Positions 27,995 through 42,184 of a DNA stretch of 64,000 nucleotides are shown piece by piece. Location: assembly GCA_964016885.1 (NCBI GenBank), contig OZ024746.1, positions 89,404,001 through 89,468,000 on the forward strand, given 5' to 3'. Every line of letters starts with the position of its first letter. Within the stretch, counting starts at the first letter, position 1. Source of the stretch: Eledone cirrhosa (Eukaryota). The position numbers and the translations under genes were made by a program. The notes beneath the pieces were generated by a model. The model was not told the origin of the DNA. It did no database searches and saw nothing but the letters and a program-made list of their open reading frames with translations.

Positions 27995-29111
27995 GGGAGA
28001 CATGATATGAAGCTTAAAAAACACTTGTGAATAGTGAAGTTTTAAATCAACATATGAAAAATAAATTAAGAGATTGGGAAAAAGTGTGGGGGATTGGAAA
28101 AGGTAAGGAAGAGAAAGAAATGAGAGTAAAGGATGGTGGGGGAGGAATATAAGAAGGAAGGATGAGAGAGGAGGAGAGATGGGTGATAGAGAGAGAGAGC
28201 CTTTACAACTGAGAAAAAAAAATTATCTCACAGAGAGAAATTAAAAAGCCGTTGGAAGATAATAGATAATTTAAAAGATATTGAAATTAAAAGTTAATAA
28301 GGTTTATGCATGAAGAAAAAGGAATTAAGAATAGTATTAAATTAAGGTTTGTATATTAAAGGGTTTAATAATATGTGCGAGGAAAATAATTTATTAATAT
28401 GTATTATTAAAATAAAAATATTAATGTTATTAAGGATATAATGTGAAAAGAAGGAGAATAATGAATGAGTTATGAATTTAGAGGAATTAGTTAGGGTTTA
28501 AGTTTGTTTTTATGTAATGTAATATGTGTACGTAAATAGTTTGTTTAAAATGAGCGCGGAAGGAAAGAAGAAAAGAATGTTTAAGGAAGAAAATATCTAA
28601 CATCAAAAAGTATATATGTTTACGAAATATTTTCTAATGGTAATACATTAAAAGAAATTAGTTAGGGTTTAAGTTTGTTTTTATGTGTTGTAATATGTAA
28701 AAGTCAAATTAAGTATTAGTTTAAAATGAGCATGAAAGGATGGAGATGATATGAAAGATTTAAGGAAGAAAAAAATCTAACGTATAAAAATTATGTTTAC
28801 GAAGGACTTCTATAATGTATTAAAAAAATAATTGTTATGGCCAATGATATGAGGAAAGATGGAAGAATGGATAATGTTGTGGTGAGTAATAATAAGAATT
28901 GAGAAGTACTAGGGAAGAAAAAGTACATATTAGAGGTTAGAAATTAAAAATAAAGAAGGAAGAAAGGAAAATGATAAAGAGGAATGATATAGAATGAGTA
29001 AATTGTATTATATAATATATAATATTGAAATAAGGTAGAAAGATGGGTATATTTGTAAAAGATATATAAACGTTGAGAAAAAGGATTTTAAACAAGTAAG
29101 GTAATGAGATA

Positions 29112-29477
29112 TTAGCTGTATACTTTATTGAATGTTCTGTGGAATTTATGCAAGCAGAGAGAAAATAAATCCGTGCGTCTATTTATTATAGAATTGAAAT
29201 TAGATATAATGGTAAATTTCTCGGCTAGGCAGAGATTACATGTTCTAGATAGGGAAGAATTCAGGTAAGGAAAGGCAGAACAAACCTCCTCCAAGAGAAG
29301 TTATAGTTAATATTTTTGTCTTTCAAGGACCATATGAATTCCGAGAGTGCCGTGTTAGTTCTTTTAAGTTGGTATCTAAAAGACGAATTGTGATTATAAA
29401 ATCTATCTTTGAAGGAAGTGGAAGTGGAACCGAAATAGGTAAAGGAATGGGTATCAGTCATAACCTTAGATTGATAG
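29112..29477 (-). pseudogene. PLE GIY-YIG endonuclease C-terminal remnant (one frameshift near 29290)
   Basis: YQSKV...TYFGSTSTSFKDRFYNHNSSF...TALSEFIWSLKDKNINYNFSW / ...CNLCLAEKFTII...INRRTDLFSLCLH: YIG box, catalytic R, H, CxxC, E and N motifs. Confidence 0.9.
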
Positions 29478-29746
29478 TTTTTAATTTCTCTCTGTGAGAC
29501 AATATATTTTTTCTCAGTTGTAAAGCTTATCTTTCTCTCTCTATCACCCATCTCTCCTCCTGTCTCATCCTTCCTTCTTATACTCCTCGACCAACATCCT
29601 TTACTCTCATTTCTTCCTCTTCCTTACCTTTTCCAAACCCCCTCACTTTTTCCCAATCTCATACATCAATCTTAATTTATTGTTTATATGTTGATATAAA
29701 ACTTCACTATTCACAAGTGTTTTTTAAGCTTCATATCATGTCTCCC

Positions 29747-29817
29747 TATTTTATCTGATGAGAACGCAGATATCATCCAATGATGATATTTGTTTTTGAA
29801 ATGCGCATAATAAAATA
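29747..29817 (+). ncRNA. Type I hammerhead ribozyme motif (inverted pLTR copy)
   Basis: tattttat CTGATGA gaacgcagatatcatc-caat-gatgatatttgttttt GAAA tgcgca TA ataaaata. Confidence 0.88.
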
Positions 29818-30318
29818 CTTGGAACTCTTTTAACCATCTTTTGATCTTATATTATATATATAAGTAATACCAATCTACTTGGGGAGGGTCATATTGTTAT
29901 AATAATGCTAGAAATAATAACAGAAGGAAGACACTCACTGTTTGGTTTGGGCTGGTTTTCGCTTCTGTATCTATTATATCTCCATTTTTAATTTATCTGT
30001 CAATCAATGTTTATCATTGATTGACCAACGGTTAAAAATACAGATATAAATTTATACATATAGTCAAAGTTCTTGATTCACACATCTGTGACATCATCAG
30101 TAGTACTATTATGTTTTCCCCCGTTATATTGTAATGCCTACACCATTTTTATTTTATTTATTTATTTATTTATTTATTTATTCTTGTCTCTCTCTGTTTG
30201 CGCATTGGTTTGCGTGTGTGTTTCCTGTTTGGTGTGTGAGTGTTCGTATTTGAGTGCGTGTTTTTTTGATTTCGTAATCTATCTTTGTTCACAAGTGTGT
30301 GTTTATATGTGTTTATTG

Positions 30319-30357
<39 letters not shown>

Positions 30358-31074
30358 GATAAATCTACCCCACTCTTATATTTTACAAATTTAAAAAGAC
30401 ATGTTTAATTTAGTTTACCTATAATTAAATATTTACTACAAAGAATTTCATAATTTTATTTCCCTCTTGCAGCTCACTTTACCTAAAGTTATCTTTAACC
30501 TCACTACTTATTTTAACCGCATCCACTATCTATCACATTCAATACCTAGGATTAGTAAATATAATTAATATCTTTAATATTATGGTTGTTTAGACAGATA
30601 CACTACTTTTTATAAAATGTTATCTATTTCAATCTTTCTATATATATTTTTTATTTTTTTAAAGTATATTTTTACTTCTTTATTTATCACATCCATAAGA
30701 ATTAATATAAGTTTAACTCTGTAAGTATACCTATCAATTAATTTAATTTCCTTTTATGTATCTAGGTTCCTTATAATTTACTCTCATCCCACAAAAAATA
30801 TTTTTTCTATGCTTTTTACAACATTCTTTAATAACATCAATTTTTTGGAGGAATCCTTCACTATCTCATTAACTTGACCTCATATTAACCCCTACCTTTC
30901 ACTTCCTCATTCTTTTTATTCAAAGCACACATTTACATTCCTCCGCTCCTAGAATAAAGTTTCTACAACGATTATTCTATCAACTTCACCTCTAACTATT
31001 TTCTATTGGTCAATTCAAAACCTGTTCCCAAACAGACCTTTTGTATTAATACTTTCATTCAATAAACATACTTG

Positions 31075-31213
31075 ATCATTTCGGAAGATGGCATATATAA
31101 GTAAAGGTATGTATATCTCCTCTGATAATTTGTAATATTTTTTTACATAGATCTTTAACATGATATACATACCAACATACACATATATATCCCAGAAACG
31201 ATCGTAAAATGAT
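31075..31213 (+). ncRNA. Type I hammerhead motif with very long stem II (U4G)
   Basis: atcattt CGGAAGA tgg...ggtatgtatatc...gatatacatacc...cca GAAA cgatcg TA aaatgat. Ends a pyrimidine-rich tract (30360-31260) before (CA)n(TA)n; same architecture as 23155-23302. Confidence 0.75.
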
Positions 31214-31271
31214 GATTTTTTAAATATAAGGAACCTGTTCTTTGTTTTTATTTCATTGTTTTTATTAATCA

Positions 31272-31429
<158 letters not shown>

Positions 31430-32829
31430 AAATATAAATATATATATTCTTTATAAAAACCAGAATGTGTATTTTTATTTTATTTGAACTTGCTATAATC
31501 AATTCATACACTCATACGTTCTATTTCCTTGGTAACAAGGTCCATCGCGTGATGCGCCCACATAATCTAATATTTACAATAAACTGAACGCTTTCTAATC
31601 AACTCATTCTCGGCAAGTTTCTCGTTACTATTTCTGCCTGTATGTGGATCACAGCATCCTATTCTGTTTCAATCTCATAGCTACACTACCATTCCTACAT
31701 GAACCTCATCCACACGAACTATCAACTTTGATCTTAAATTTTGCACACCCTTTATTGACACCTCACTATTTATTACCCCCACTCTTTCTGTTTCTGTACC
31801 CTAGGTAATATCCATTCTACTCTCCTGAACATCACTCACTTTCTTTCACAATCTCCCACGCTATCTTATTTCACCTATTTTTATTCGTTTAACTACCTTC
31901 AGCATTATATTTACTCTGTCTCTTCTTGTTCTCTTCCATTCATATCTCTCCGTTCAATCACGACTTCTCCCCATTTGTGAAACCCCACTTTCCCTTCTCT
32001 CCGGAAACTAATACGTCGTATCTCTGAAACATTTCTGTTTTGATGGTTCTTAACAACTATCTGATTTTCTGAAACACTCCGGTTTTTTTTTAATGAATAT
32101 GAATACATTTTATTTATATTAAACATATACTAATAGTTCATTTGGAATGTGTTATCTATCTGCTTGATGAGGCAGCATCAATGATTGCTAAATATTAAGG
32201 GAAATGACTAATTAAATAAAGATTTAAATTTGCTTATTTGAAACCGAACATTTGAACATTTGCTAGCAAAGTGTCAAGTTCAATATGTGGTATAAACTCA
32301 GGTATATGCAACAAATATCAAGGAACATTTCGGTGATGTGATATTTATCCACAGATTTGCTTTTAGTTATTCATTCAGTAAGCGAAGATTACATAATTAG
32401 TAATTACTCACAGATTAATTGTGTTCTGTTTTCTTTGAACATTTCTACATCACAATCGAACGCTAGGAATGTTTTGCAATATGTCATTCTTTGGTTGATA
32501 TATTACAAATATTTAACAGTTTCAAATAGACATTGACAAATGAAACAAGATTTCGGATTAATGAAAAAATATTACTTTCGAAACGATTTTATTTAGTTCT
32601 AGTGGACCTATCCATAACGTATGGCATTTTATTAACTAGTTTTACTCTAGCTTGTTTATCGAAAATAACATTAACATTATGCAAACAAATTGATCTAATG
32701 TTATAGAGTGAAAGTGCAGTCTGGTAATGACAAACTAGAAGCGCATGTGGCAATGGACCTATTGAGAACCTTCCTTCAAAAACGAGGGCCATATTGTCGC
32801 AATTTATCATCTAGTTTGTCTAAATGTGA

Positions 32830-33050
32830 GAACATGGCTGGTAAATACAAGGGTCGATTGAAAGGTTAATAAGAATGTGACCAAATGAGATTTATATTTC
32901 AACATAGTCTCCCTTGTATGCCGCACACATTTTCTATCGGTGTTGCAGTATTTGGATATGATTGGTGAAAAGGCTTTCATCTTGGTAAAAAAAGAAATCA
33001 ACAGTAGTTATGACGTCATCATCACTGTGATAATGGTTCCCCGTCAGATA
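32830..33050 (-). mobile_element. Mariner transposon 3' remnant
   Basis: Minus strand reads LQHR*KMCAAYKGDYVEI*, the mariner C-terminal motif (RWxKCVxxxGDYVE). Confidence 0.6.
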
Positions 33051-36000
33051 TATAAGTGTGAACAATGTAGATGTCGAAAGTATCGAAGTCTCGAATTACT
33101 GATTTAAGCGTTTCGAATTGTAGTCAATATTGCGCCCCATCTAAACTTGTCTCTCACCATAATTTATGGAAACAAATATTAATAACAAATATATATTTAG
33201 TAAAGAATATTTAGATTATATATTATGTGTATTTTTAGTAAAGATTACTACGACTAGATTTTTATTTTGGGAATATACGTTGGCCAATATATATAAGGGT
33301 AGATAAAATATAAACAAATCTATGAATTTATTAATAGAAACAATATACGAATTACCCACCACATTTTATTGCTGATGCTTCCAAATATAGAAATATAGTA
33401 TTAAAGGAAGCAGCGATTTGAAAAAATAAATGAACAAAACCCTGAGAAAAGCAAATTTGAAAAGAAAATATTTTCGTACAAATGCTGTAAGCGTTCAGTG
33501 TAGACTCACATGACGAACATTTCCTGTATCTGCGTGAAAAGATTTGTGTTTATGCGACTTTCTCTATGTGAGGCGCACCTCAAATGAATTTTCTGTGTCG
33601 TGTCTCTTAAACTCTCTTTACTTGTTGGCTGCCCCTCTGCTCACTATATATAATTTCCCTTCAACTCTTAAGTTAATTCTCTATCTACGTTTCTTTCATT
33701 CTTTCTCCCTCTCTCTATATGGTGGAAATGGGAAGAACAGGCATCCGGACAAGCAATCAACACATCGGCTATGATATATTATTCATAAGAGAATAGAATT
33801 TCTAATAACGATCCCTCAACATTACACTGATCATACAAAACTTGAAATATTGTCCAACGCTAGTTCCTAACATCTAACATAGGAATATAACGTAAAATCA
33901 AATGCTGAATATTCGAATATAAAATTCATAATTTGAACTTAAATTAGTTGGAACGAGATAAACAATTTTGGAAATCGAAATTATAATTCGTAAGAAATAT
34001 TACTTGGGGTTTTAGAACAAATGTAGGTATATCATGTTACCGACAATCCGATACGAGCTGTATGCTAATAAACCCATTGCTAAGTACTAGCTGTTGTCAA
34101 TGTTGTGTGTGTCTTGATAAATTTGGAGACGACTCATATCTATCTTGTAAAGACATATTCGACCAATATTACCGCGAACGAAATTTACCCCCAGCCATTT
34201 CTTCCAGTTCTAATGAACTCTAAACGAGAGATACGCTCTTCTTTAAAAAAAATGTGCGCTATCCTTTATTCATTTTACCGGTAATGAAAGCAATTGATTG
34301 CCTCATACATTCTTATTTCAAATACTTTCAAAAGAGATTTTACACTGCCCTTAAACCACATATTTAGGCACCTTCCTCATACAAACTCACCAACAAGTAT
34401 GTGATTTCGCAGAAATATTCTGGTTTATCCCAAACCCAGCTTGCCTCAATACTTAAAACTTTGACTCCACTCAGATGAAATTCATATATGGCTTAACTAG
34501 CTTTGATGAAAGCACCCAAGGAGCATGACATGTAACAGATCCACACTTCAAATGAATAAAAAAAATGACAAGTCAATACACATGCACCATGCGAAGCAAT
34601 TTCCATAATATCATGATGACATTTACAACAAAGTACGAGACAGAAGACCCACGAAAGATTTATTTAACCTCTGAAGCATTAGAGATATTTAATCGTATAC
34701 GAAAAAAGGTGATTAAGTGTGCTGCCCACATAGACAAACTTATCTGCATCCTTCTTGTTCAGTTAACGTAGGGGGTTCACATATGTGTTTTCTGGGAAGT
34801 GCCTTACCAGATGAATATATTCCATGACATATGTTTCAACTATGGAATCATCTGGCTAGAGGAGGTCACGGGCAAAAGATTAAAGGAATTCTGAATTGAC
34901 TGCCAAACGCTGCAAATTGACGCGACACCCGGAAGGTCGGTAATTAATATATATCACAACGGCAAATTTATGACCAAAAGAAACAAAAACAGTATAACGA
35001 AAAGAAAGCTGCACAATTATCTATATGCATGAGTCCTCTCCTCCCTCACACACACCTACCCTCTTACAGGTAATGATTCATGCTTTCATTTCATTCGAAA
35101 AGGATTTAAATTATCGAAGCAACATCGTTTGGGCAGCCGAAATGACATTTCAGAATGTTATTCGATTTAAAATTAAGAATGCGCCAGTTAAATCACTGAA
35201 CACTGCACTGAGCTCCGTGCCGTTTAATATTACTTCTGTTAAAGTTATATCCATTTCCCCTTTTCCAAAACGGAAATGGCATTCAGATTCAAGAAGGACA
35301 GCAGCTTCAAGGAAATTAATTATTGAAGTTGACATGAAGAATATTATTTGGCTGTTCAGCAATTCCTATTTAGTTGGTGCTCATTATTCTGACATTATTT
35401 TTATTTTCAGCAGGAAGCATATTTCCTTTTGCAAGCTTCCAGTCTAATTTCTTAGATTGCAACTATAACTATGTAATATAGGCTACATTCACATCGAACG
35501 CTCATATTATCCAGCAGTTTCCTTATCTTCCAACAAGCAATGTTCTTGTTGAAAATTAGATCTTCTCTATGTTTTCCTTTGTTTATAGAGAGCAATGTAT
35601 ACGTCCATCCGTCGCACCAGAAAGACTAGGCCGCATAAAGACAATAACAGTTTTCCTTGTTTCGAAAATTTGGAATATGTAGTGCACTAAAAAAAATGGG
35701 ATTGACAGATACCCATGCAACATCCTAGTTTAATTAATATCTTGGACGATATGTAGGAAACTTTATGTGCAGCATAAGTTGCCCACATATAATCCGGTGA
35801 CAAAATGCTTGCACACGTTATAACATGTACCCAGAGACATCTGAAAGAGTTACCACATTTTAATCGCCACTATAATTTGAGGTGGATAAAAGCAAATATT
35901 CTAATAAATACTTAGAAAGGAGTTAGGAATACTTCAAAGACACACTGAATATGGCTTGTGCAAATTATTGACAGTCAAACTGGCAGTAATAGACACACAC

Positions 36001-36879
36001 ATAACATACAAACTCACACATGCACACACATATATATGTATGTAACATCGTACTGTTTTGAAATGCAATAAACCGACGGAAAACGTGAATAATATGCTTC
36101 TGCTTAGAGTGAAATAATACATAATGTAAGATTAATGTGTGAAAGGTGTCAGTGACGATCTCAAGTGATAAATGATGTGATATTTGGAGATCGCACGAAT
36201 ACTCCACGGGTTGCGTTAATTGCATCGCGTTGATAACATATGGGGAATTATGGATATGTGACGAAATATAGAAAACATGCATATTCAATCATTTTCCCGC
36301 ACGTTACATAGACATTTTACAAAATGTTCATGAAACAAAGCAAAACCTGTACCAGGTAACCTAAAATAGTTAGCTCACTTGAACTACTGGGTGATGATAA
36401 GCTACTTCGTTGTATGTGGGACGGAGATATGAAGATAGATGTTGGTTAAATTACTTCATTTTTCTTGTAACTATTGCTTGAATATGTACAGAATTTTGTG
36501 TTGTTCAATGATAGAATAAATATCTATGAATTTCAACTTGCATGGTCAATATTTCATAGTTAATCACACACACACACATATTATATATATATAGATGATA
36601 CATGTTTGTGTACATGAGCGTGTCAAAATCTGTGTTTAAGCCCGGAAACGTAACGGTATATTAGTAGATCAACAAAATATGGTCGAACTTATGTTTGTGT
36701 CCCAAAAATGACCGCGGTCTAATGACTGGAACCAGTAAAGGCGCTCCTTCTCTTAGAGGGGAAGATCAGCTCTACGAATAATGTGTTCTGGCGATCATAG
36801 ACACACGACTAAAGAAAATGGTATCACTGCTACAGACGAAACGAAACACAATGAGAAGGTCATGGAATACACCAATACA

Positions 36880-37310
36880 CGTGCGACAGATCATGTAACT
36901 ATTTCTAATAAATAACTTCTGGTGCAACATTAAGATAGAGCAAATCCTCACCCCTCTAATGCGTCGCAAGAATGGCTGAAAAAGCAATTGGAAATTCTCT
37001 GATCAGTTTCAAGTCTGACTTTGATTGGGCCAAGCACAATGTCGATTTGAAGCCGACTAGATTTCATACTTCGGGGCATACTTCACTAAAGAAACCATCA
37101 CTGAGGAGATCAGAGCTATCTTTAGGACTGTTTCTAAAGACATTATGTTAAACTTCATCATACGTCTCAAAAGATATATGGAAGAAAATAGGAATCCCTT
37201 GGAATATGCTCTATAACTCAAGAGAAAAATATCAGGAAGGTGATTGTTTTTTATGTTCATCAAATGAATATTGAACTAAAAAATGACGACTTGGCCAAAA
37301 TTCTCCCCAT
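36880..37310 (+). mobile_element. Tc1/mariner transposase remnant
   Basis: Frameshifted DRANPHPSNASQEWLKKQ/GNSLISFKSDFDWAKHNVDLKP/LDFILRG matches QDGAxxH...WP..SPDLNPLDFFLWG. Confidence 0.6.
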
Positions 37311-38138
37311 ATGTGTATATATGTAAGTACCAGGTTCAGTCGAGTATAACCGCAGTAAGTAAGGTACGCAATACATTAGTAGAGTGTATGCAACAAAGTT
37401 TAATATAGAAAATGCTTCTACAGAACTAGAATAGTTTTAATCCTGTAGGAGCCTTTACTATTAAACTTTGTTATATATATACATACATATATATATATAT
37501 ATATATACATGTGTGTGTGTTTTGTGAGTATGTGTGTGTGTGTGCGTTTGTGAGTATGTGTGTGTTTGTGAGTATGTGTGTGTTTGTGAGAAAGTGTGCG
37601 TGTGTGTTTGTGAGTAAGTGTGTGTGTGTGTGTGTATGTGTGTGTGTGTGTGTGTAAGTATATGTGTGTGTGTTTGTGAGTATGCCTGTGTGCGCAATTG
37701 TAGGTACCCCTGTGTGCATGTGTATGTGCGTGATTCATATTGCTCTGCATATTATTTCCTAATATACACCAATATTCAGTTAAATTCAATACAATGTAAC
37801 TTTGCACGCACAACGCACAAACATACAAACAGAAAAGTATATAAAATCATGCACATATACAATATGATTATTTCTTATGCAAATAAATATAAGCAGAAGC
37901 ATGCCAATTGCATATATTTAAAATTTGAAGTAGATTGAATAGTATAAATTTATACACAATGATATAAAGAATATGCGAATTCTGTGATGTTGGTTTTGTA
38001 GTATTTACTTTAATATTATCAAATTAGTAATAAATCCGCGGGAAGCTTTATGCGTGCAGCTAATTATACACAATGAAAATGTTCAGATGTAATAAAATAA
38101 TACATAAGCAATACACACACACACAGACACACACACAC

Positions 38139-38185
<47 letters not shown>

Positions 38186-38405
38186 ATTTATTACATCTGA
38201 ACATTTTCATTGTTCATGTATTTATTATATCTATAACCTTTTGTGTATGATTAGCTGCAGGCATATAGCTTAAATAAATACATATATTCAATATGCATAT
38301 ATATAATACTATCATTTTCTCTAACGATATATGACTATATGTATATATATATATATTTTTAAATTATTGATGCTCTGAGCTTTTTAACAGAAATAAATTA
38401 GTGTG

Positions 38406-38461
<56 letters not shown>

Positions 38462-38529
38462 TCGCATATTCATTCTGTATACATTTGTACTATTCAATCT
38501 ACTGAAAATTTTAAATATATGCAATGGCC

Positions 38530-39590
38530 ATGCTATTGGAGCCAAGGTACTTGAAGTTGTCCACTTCCTCAAATCTTTCTCAGTTCACCATGATGCTTGT
38601 TGCTGTATTCTGCTTATTACTTTTAAACAGAATTTTGCTCTTTTCTCAGCTGATCTCCTTTCCTTATGCTCCTGATAGTTTTTCAACTTGTGGATGTACA
38701 TCAAGTCTAAGATGTCATCGGTGTCTCATTTGTTTAGTTTCCCGTTTCTTTCTGTCCAGCATTTATAAAGCTGTTTCATGATATTGTCGGTTAATGAGTT
38801 AATATCTTCTTCTAGAAAGTGAACAGCTGCAGACCAGCCACATACGTTTGATACAAACATTGCTGCAGCCCTAGAATCGATTTGTTTGTCTACATCAAAT
38901 CTGATACGATGTGTGTCTCCCTTTGTATCGATCTTTGTCAATTTAAGCTTTAGTGTCATATGAAGAAAATGATGATCATTTTTGACATATGCACAAGGAA
39001 TGTCATAGTCGTTGCATTGTTGATATTGTAATTGGACCTTTGTGCTGCAAGGATGAAGTGAAGTCGGTTGTGAGTTCTGCCATTGGGTGCATTCCATGTT
39101 ATTCTCCGTGAGATCGTGTGTGGGAAAAGTGTGTTTTCTAGGTTCAGTTTGTGGGTGCAGGCAAATTCTAGGAGGTGGTGAACACAATTTATTCACCAAT
39201 TCCAAATAATCCCGCTGCCCTGTCTATTGGTCATACACGCCTGGGCCTACTTTGGCATTCCAGTAGCCTACAACGATGCGGATGTATTTTTCAGGTGCTT
39301 TCGTGATGAAGTTCGCCAGGTCCTTATAGTAATCGTCAACACCATCATCGTCATAATCTAGTGTTGGTTCATAGACGTGTATGATGATAGTATTCTGTGG
39401 TCTTGTAGTTACGCGTATGTTGATGGGTCTACTGGAGACTGGTTTAGAACTGATGATTGAGTTTACTATGGCTTTGTCGACAATTAAGCCCACTCAATGT
39501 TCGTACTTGGTGTCATCAACGCTGTACCACAATTTGTGCCCTTCTTCTGTCATTGTCTCACCAAATCTTGTCCACCTGACTTCACAACAA
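38530..39590 (-). mobile_element. RTE-clade LINE remnant (APE endonuclease plus RT-thumb fragment, internally deleted)
   Basis: VGLIVDK..PVSSRPINIRV..IIHVYEPTLDYDDDGVDDYYKDL..IVVGYWNAKVG (APE domain) and EEVDNFKYLGS at 38535-38575. Confidence 0.85.
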
Positions 39591-40344
39591 AACTAATATA
39601 TGCCATATGTAGCTGGACCATGGAATAAGACAGATACATACAATTAAATAGATAAACATATAAATACATATATGCAAAGGAATGTGAGATAATAATTTGC
39701 TGGGTGGCGAACCTGAAAATAGCCAATACATTGATTTTAAGACAACAGAGGATGTAGGAGTGACAATAAGTGTTGTTGTAAATTGTGAAATATGGAGTAG
39801 GCCTACCATGTATGATTAAGCAATCACTGCTTGCTGTGAAATTATATATGTGGGGGAAGTTAATTGATGGATGTGAAAACTAGACAATGATAGATCAGAA
39901 AGAAATAGACGGGGATAAACTCGTTGAAGACAATAGAAGCAAGTTGGTTCCTGTTGTGAACAAAACGCCGCTGTCACTGTGAGGAGATTTATGGCTGCGA
40001 TAACAAAAAATGAGAGTAATTTCTTAAATTCGTAAAGTGCAAAATATTCTGACATATAACCCACTGAAGAAGCAGAAGAAATGCAGTTGCGTCTATCGCC
40101 TTTCCATAGTTTTGCTGAGAGAAAAATTTACCAGGATAGTTTAAAGACGATGTTATTACGTTTTTGGTCAAACATTAACCAATCCAGTGCTGTAGAGTAT
40201 GTGTATTGTAGTATTACATCGTTGATTGTATACAGATATGGTCAGTCAATTTCAGTTAAGCAGTTGCTTAAGGGACTCGGTGTTGTGATCAAATCAGTCA
40301 TTCATGTTGTCGGGCCAGAACTTTCTTTGTCTGCTTCTTCTTCG

Positions 40345-40460
40345 TCATCTTTGACATCTGCCATCTTTGGTCAGATTGGATCCTAAGTACTTGAAGTTAT
40401 CCACTTCGTCAAGTGCTCCTCCATTCATCAGAATCTTGTTCTTTTCTGAGCCGATCTCCT
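40345..40460 (-). mobile_element. RTE-clade LINE RT-thumb fragment
   Basis: KNKILMNGGALDEVDNFKYLGSNLTKDGRC. Confidence 0.75.
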
Positions 40461-40804
40461 TTCCATATGCACCTGGACTTGGATTTAAAGGGTTTCTTGG
40501 TAGAATTTGTACTACTGTGTAGATCCGATGTTCTTGGTATGAATTCAAAATTCTTTTTCAAATACAGCCGGACCTGCTGCTATCTGTAGGTTTATTATTC
40601 CGTGTCTATGCTTACGATTGACAAACCTTAGACAAATCAAATAAGTACCAAATTGGAGAACCTAATTGCTGGTGTTATAAGGAAATACGTTATGTGATGG
40701 TTCCAATTTAATGACTTAAATTTGTGAAGTAATACTTTGTCTTAATTTACATTTTTTCAGTCCTGCATCCTATTGGCTTTCCGAAACGATTCTCACTACT
40801 CCGC

Positions 40805-41007
<203 letters not shown>

Positions 41008-42149
41008 CCTAAGGGGTGTGTAGGTGAGTAAAAATAGAATTGTTGAAAGAGTTTCAAGAACTTCGATTCAATGCTTTAAAACATTTGGCAGTTGCTATTA
41101 ATGTCGATGGTTTTCCGCCGTCAAGATTCTACTCACATATTACTATAACATACTGTATGGCAATACAGGCTTTACTAGTGAAACAATAAGTTGATATGTC
41201 TGTATATTTATAGTGTTATATGAAGTGCCTTGTGTGGCTTGCAATGAATTATTTATGATATAAGGTGAGACAATTAAATAACTCTTGTCTTCGGGTTAAT
41301 GTTTCATAAATTTAAATATACTCGGTATTGTGATGTTCTATGAATATTCTTGAGACTCTTTGTATATCTATATTTATATGCACGTCGGAAAGATTATACG
41401 TTTGTGCTTATGTGTATGTCTGTCTTCATTCGAGTTTGTAATGAACTGTTTGTGAGCGTGTATGTAAGAGAGTGGGTGTTTGTAAATATCCACAGATATC
41501 TGCACATGCAGATACTGTGTAACGTGCTGATCAAACTCACAGTCGATATAGTAATAGGTTTACGTGACCACATTAATCAATGTTAATTTCGTTAAAGCAA
41601 AAATCTGTAAACAGTACTACTCAATTAACTAGAGACTTTTCTCACTTGTGGCAAAGCAATAACTTTTAAGTTCTGGTGTTAATACGCAAAGGCTAAAAGT
41701 CACATTGAAATGCAAATTAGAATAGCAGTTGGTTGGCGAAAGATTACAGAAAAATTCACTTAAGAGTCTGCATGCATGACCACTAGATCTGAATGGACAT
41801 TTCAATGTTTTAGTCAAAGGCCATATGCCTGAATATTGAGCAGCAGCCTGCTCTATGCTAGATTAACGTGCATATTTTCTTTAATACAAAAATTTAAATT
41901 TAAATGAGCGAGGTAGTTCATTATATTCAGTTAGTTTGTAACGACGACTGCACAGAATTACAAATACCAGATAAAAATAACAACGTCAACCGCCAGTTGG
42001 TAAAAGTTGCTAGTTGCAAGTAGAAATTAGATACTCTGTTGTATGAATACAGCTAAAGATTAAATACTAAATGTTTGAATCAACGTATATTATTTATTCT
42101 CTCCATCTATCACAAATTTCTGACATCTATAACATAAAATAGTTGAGTG

Positions 42150-42184
<35 letters not shown>

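Larger units (their letters stand above)
27895..29846 (-). mobile_element. 5'-truncated Penelope-like element with inverted pseudo-LTR
   Basis: Inverted arms 27895-28247 and 29478-29846, each with an HHR. GIY-YIG C-terminus and a long pyrimidine-rich 3' UTR on the minus strand; 3' end abuts (CA)n. Confidence 0.92.
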
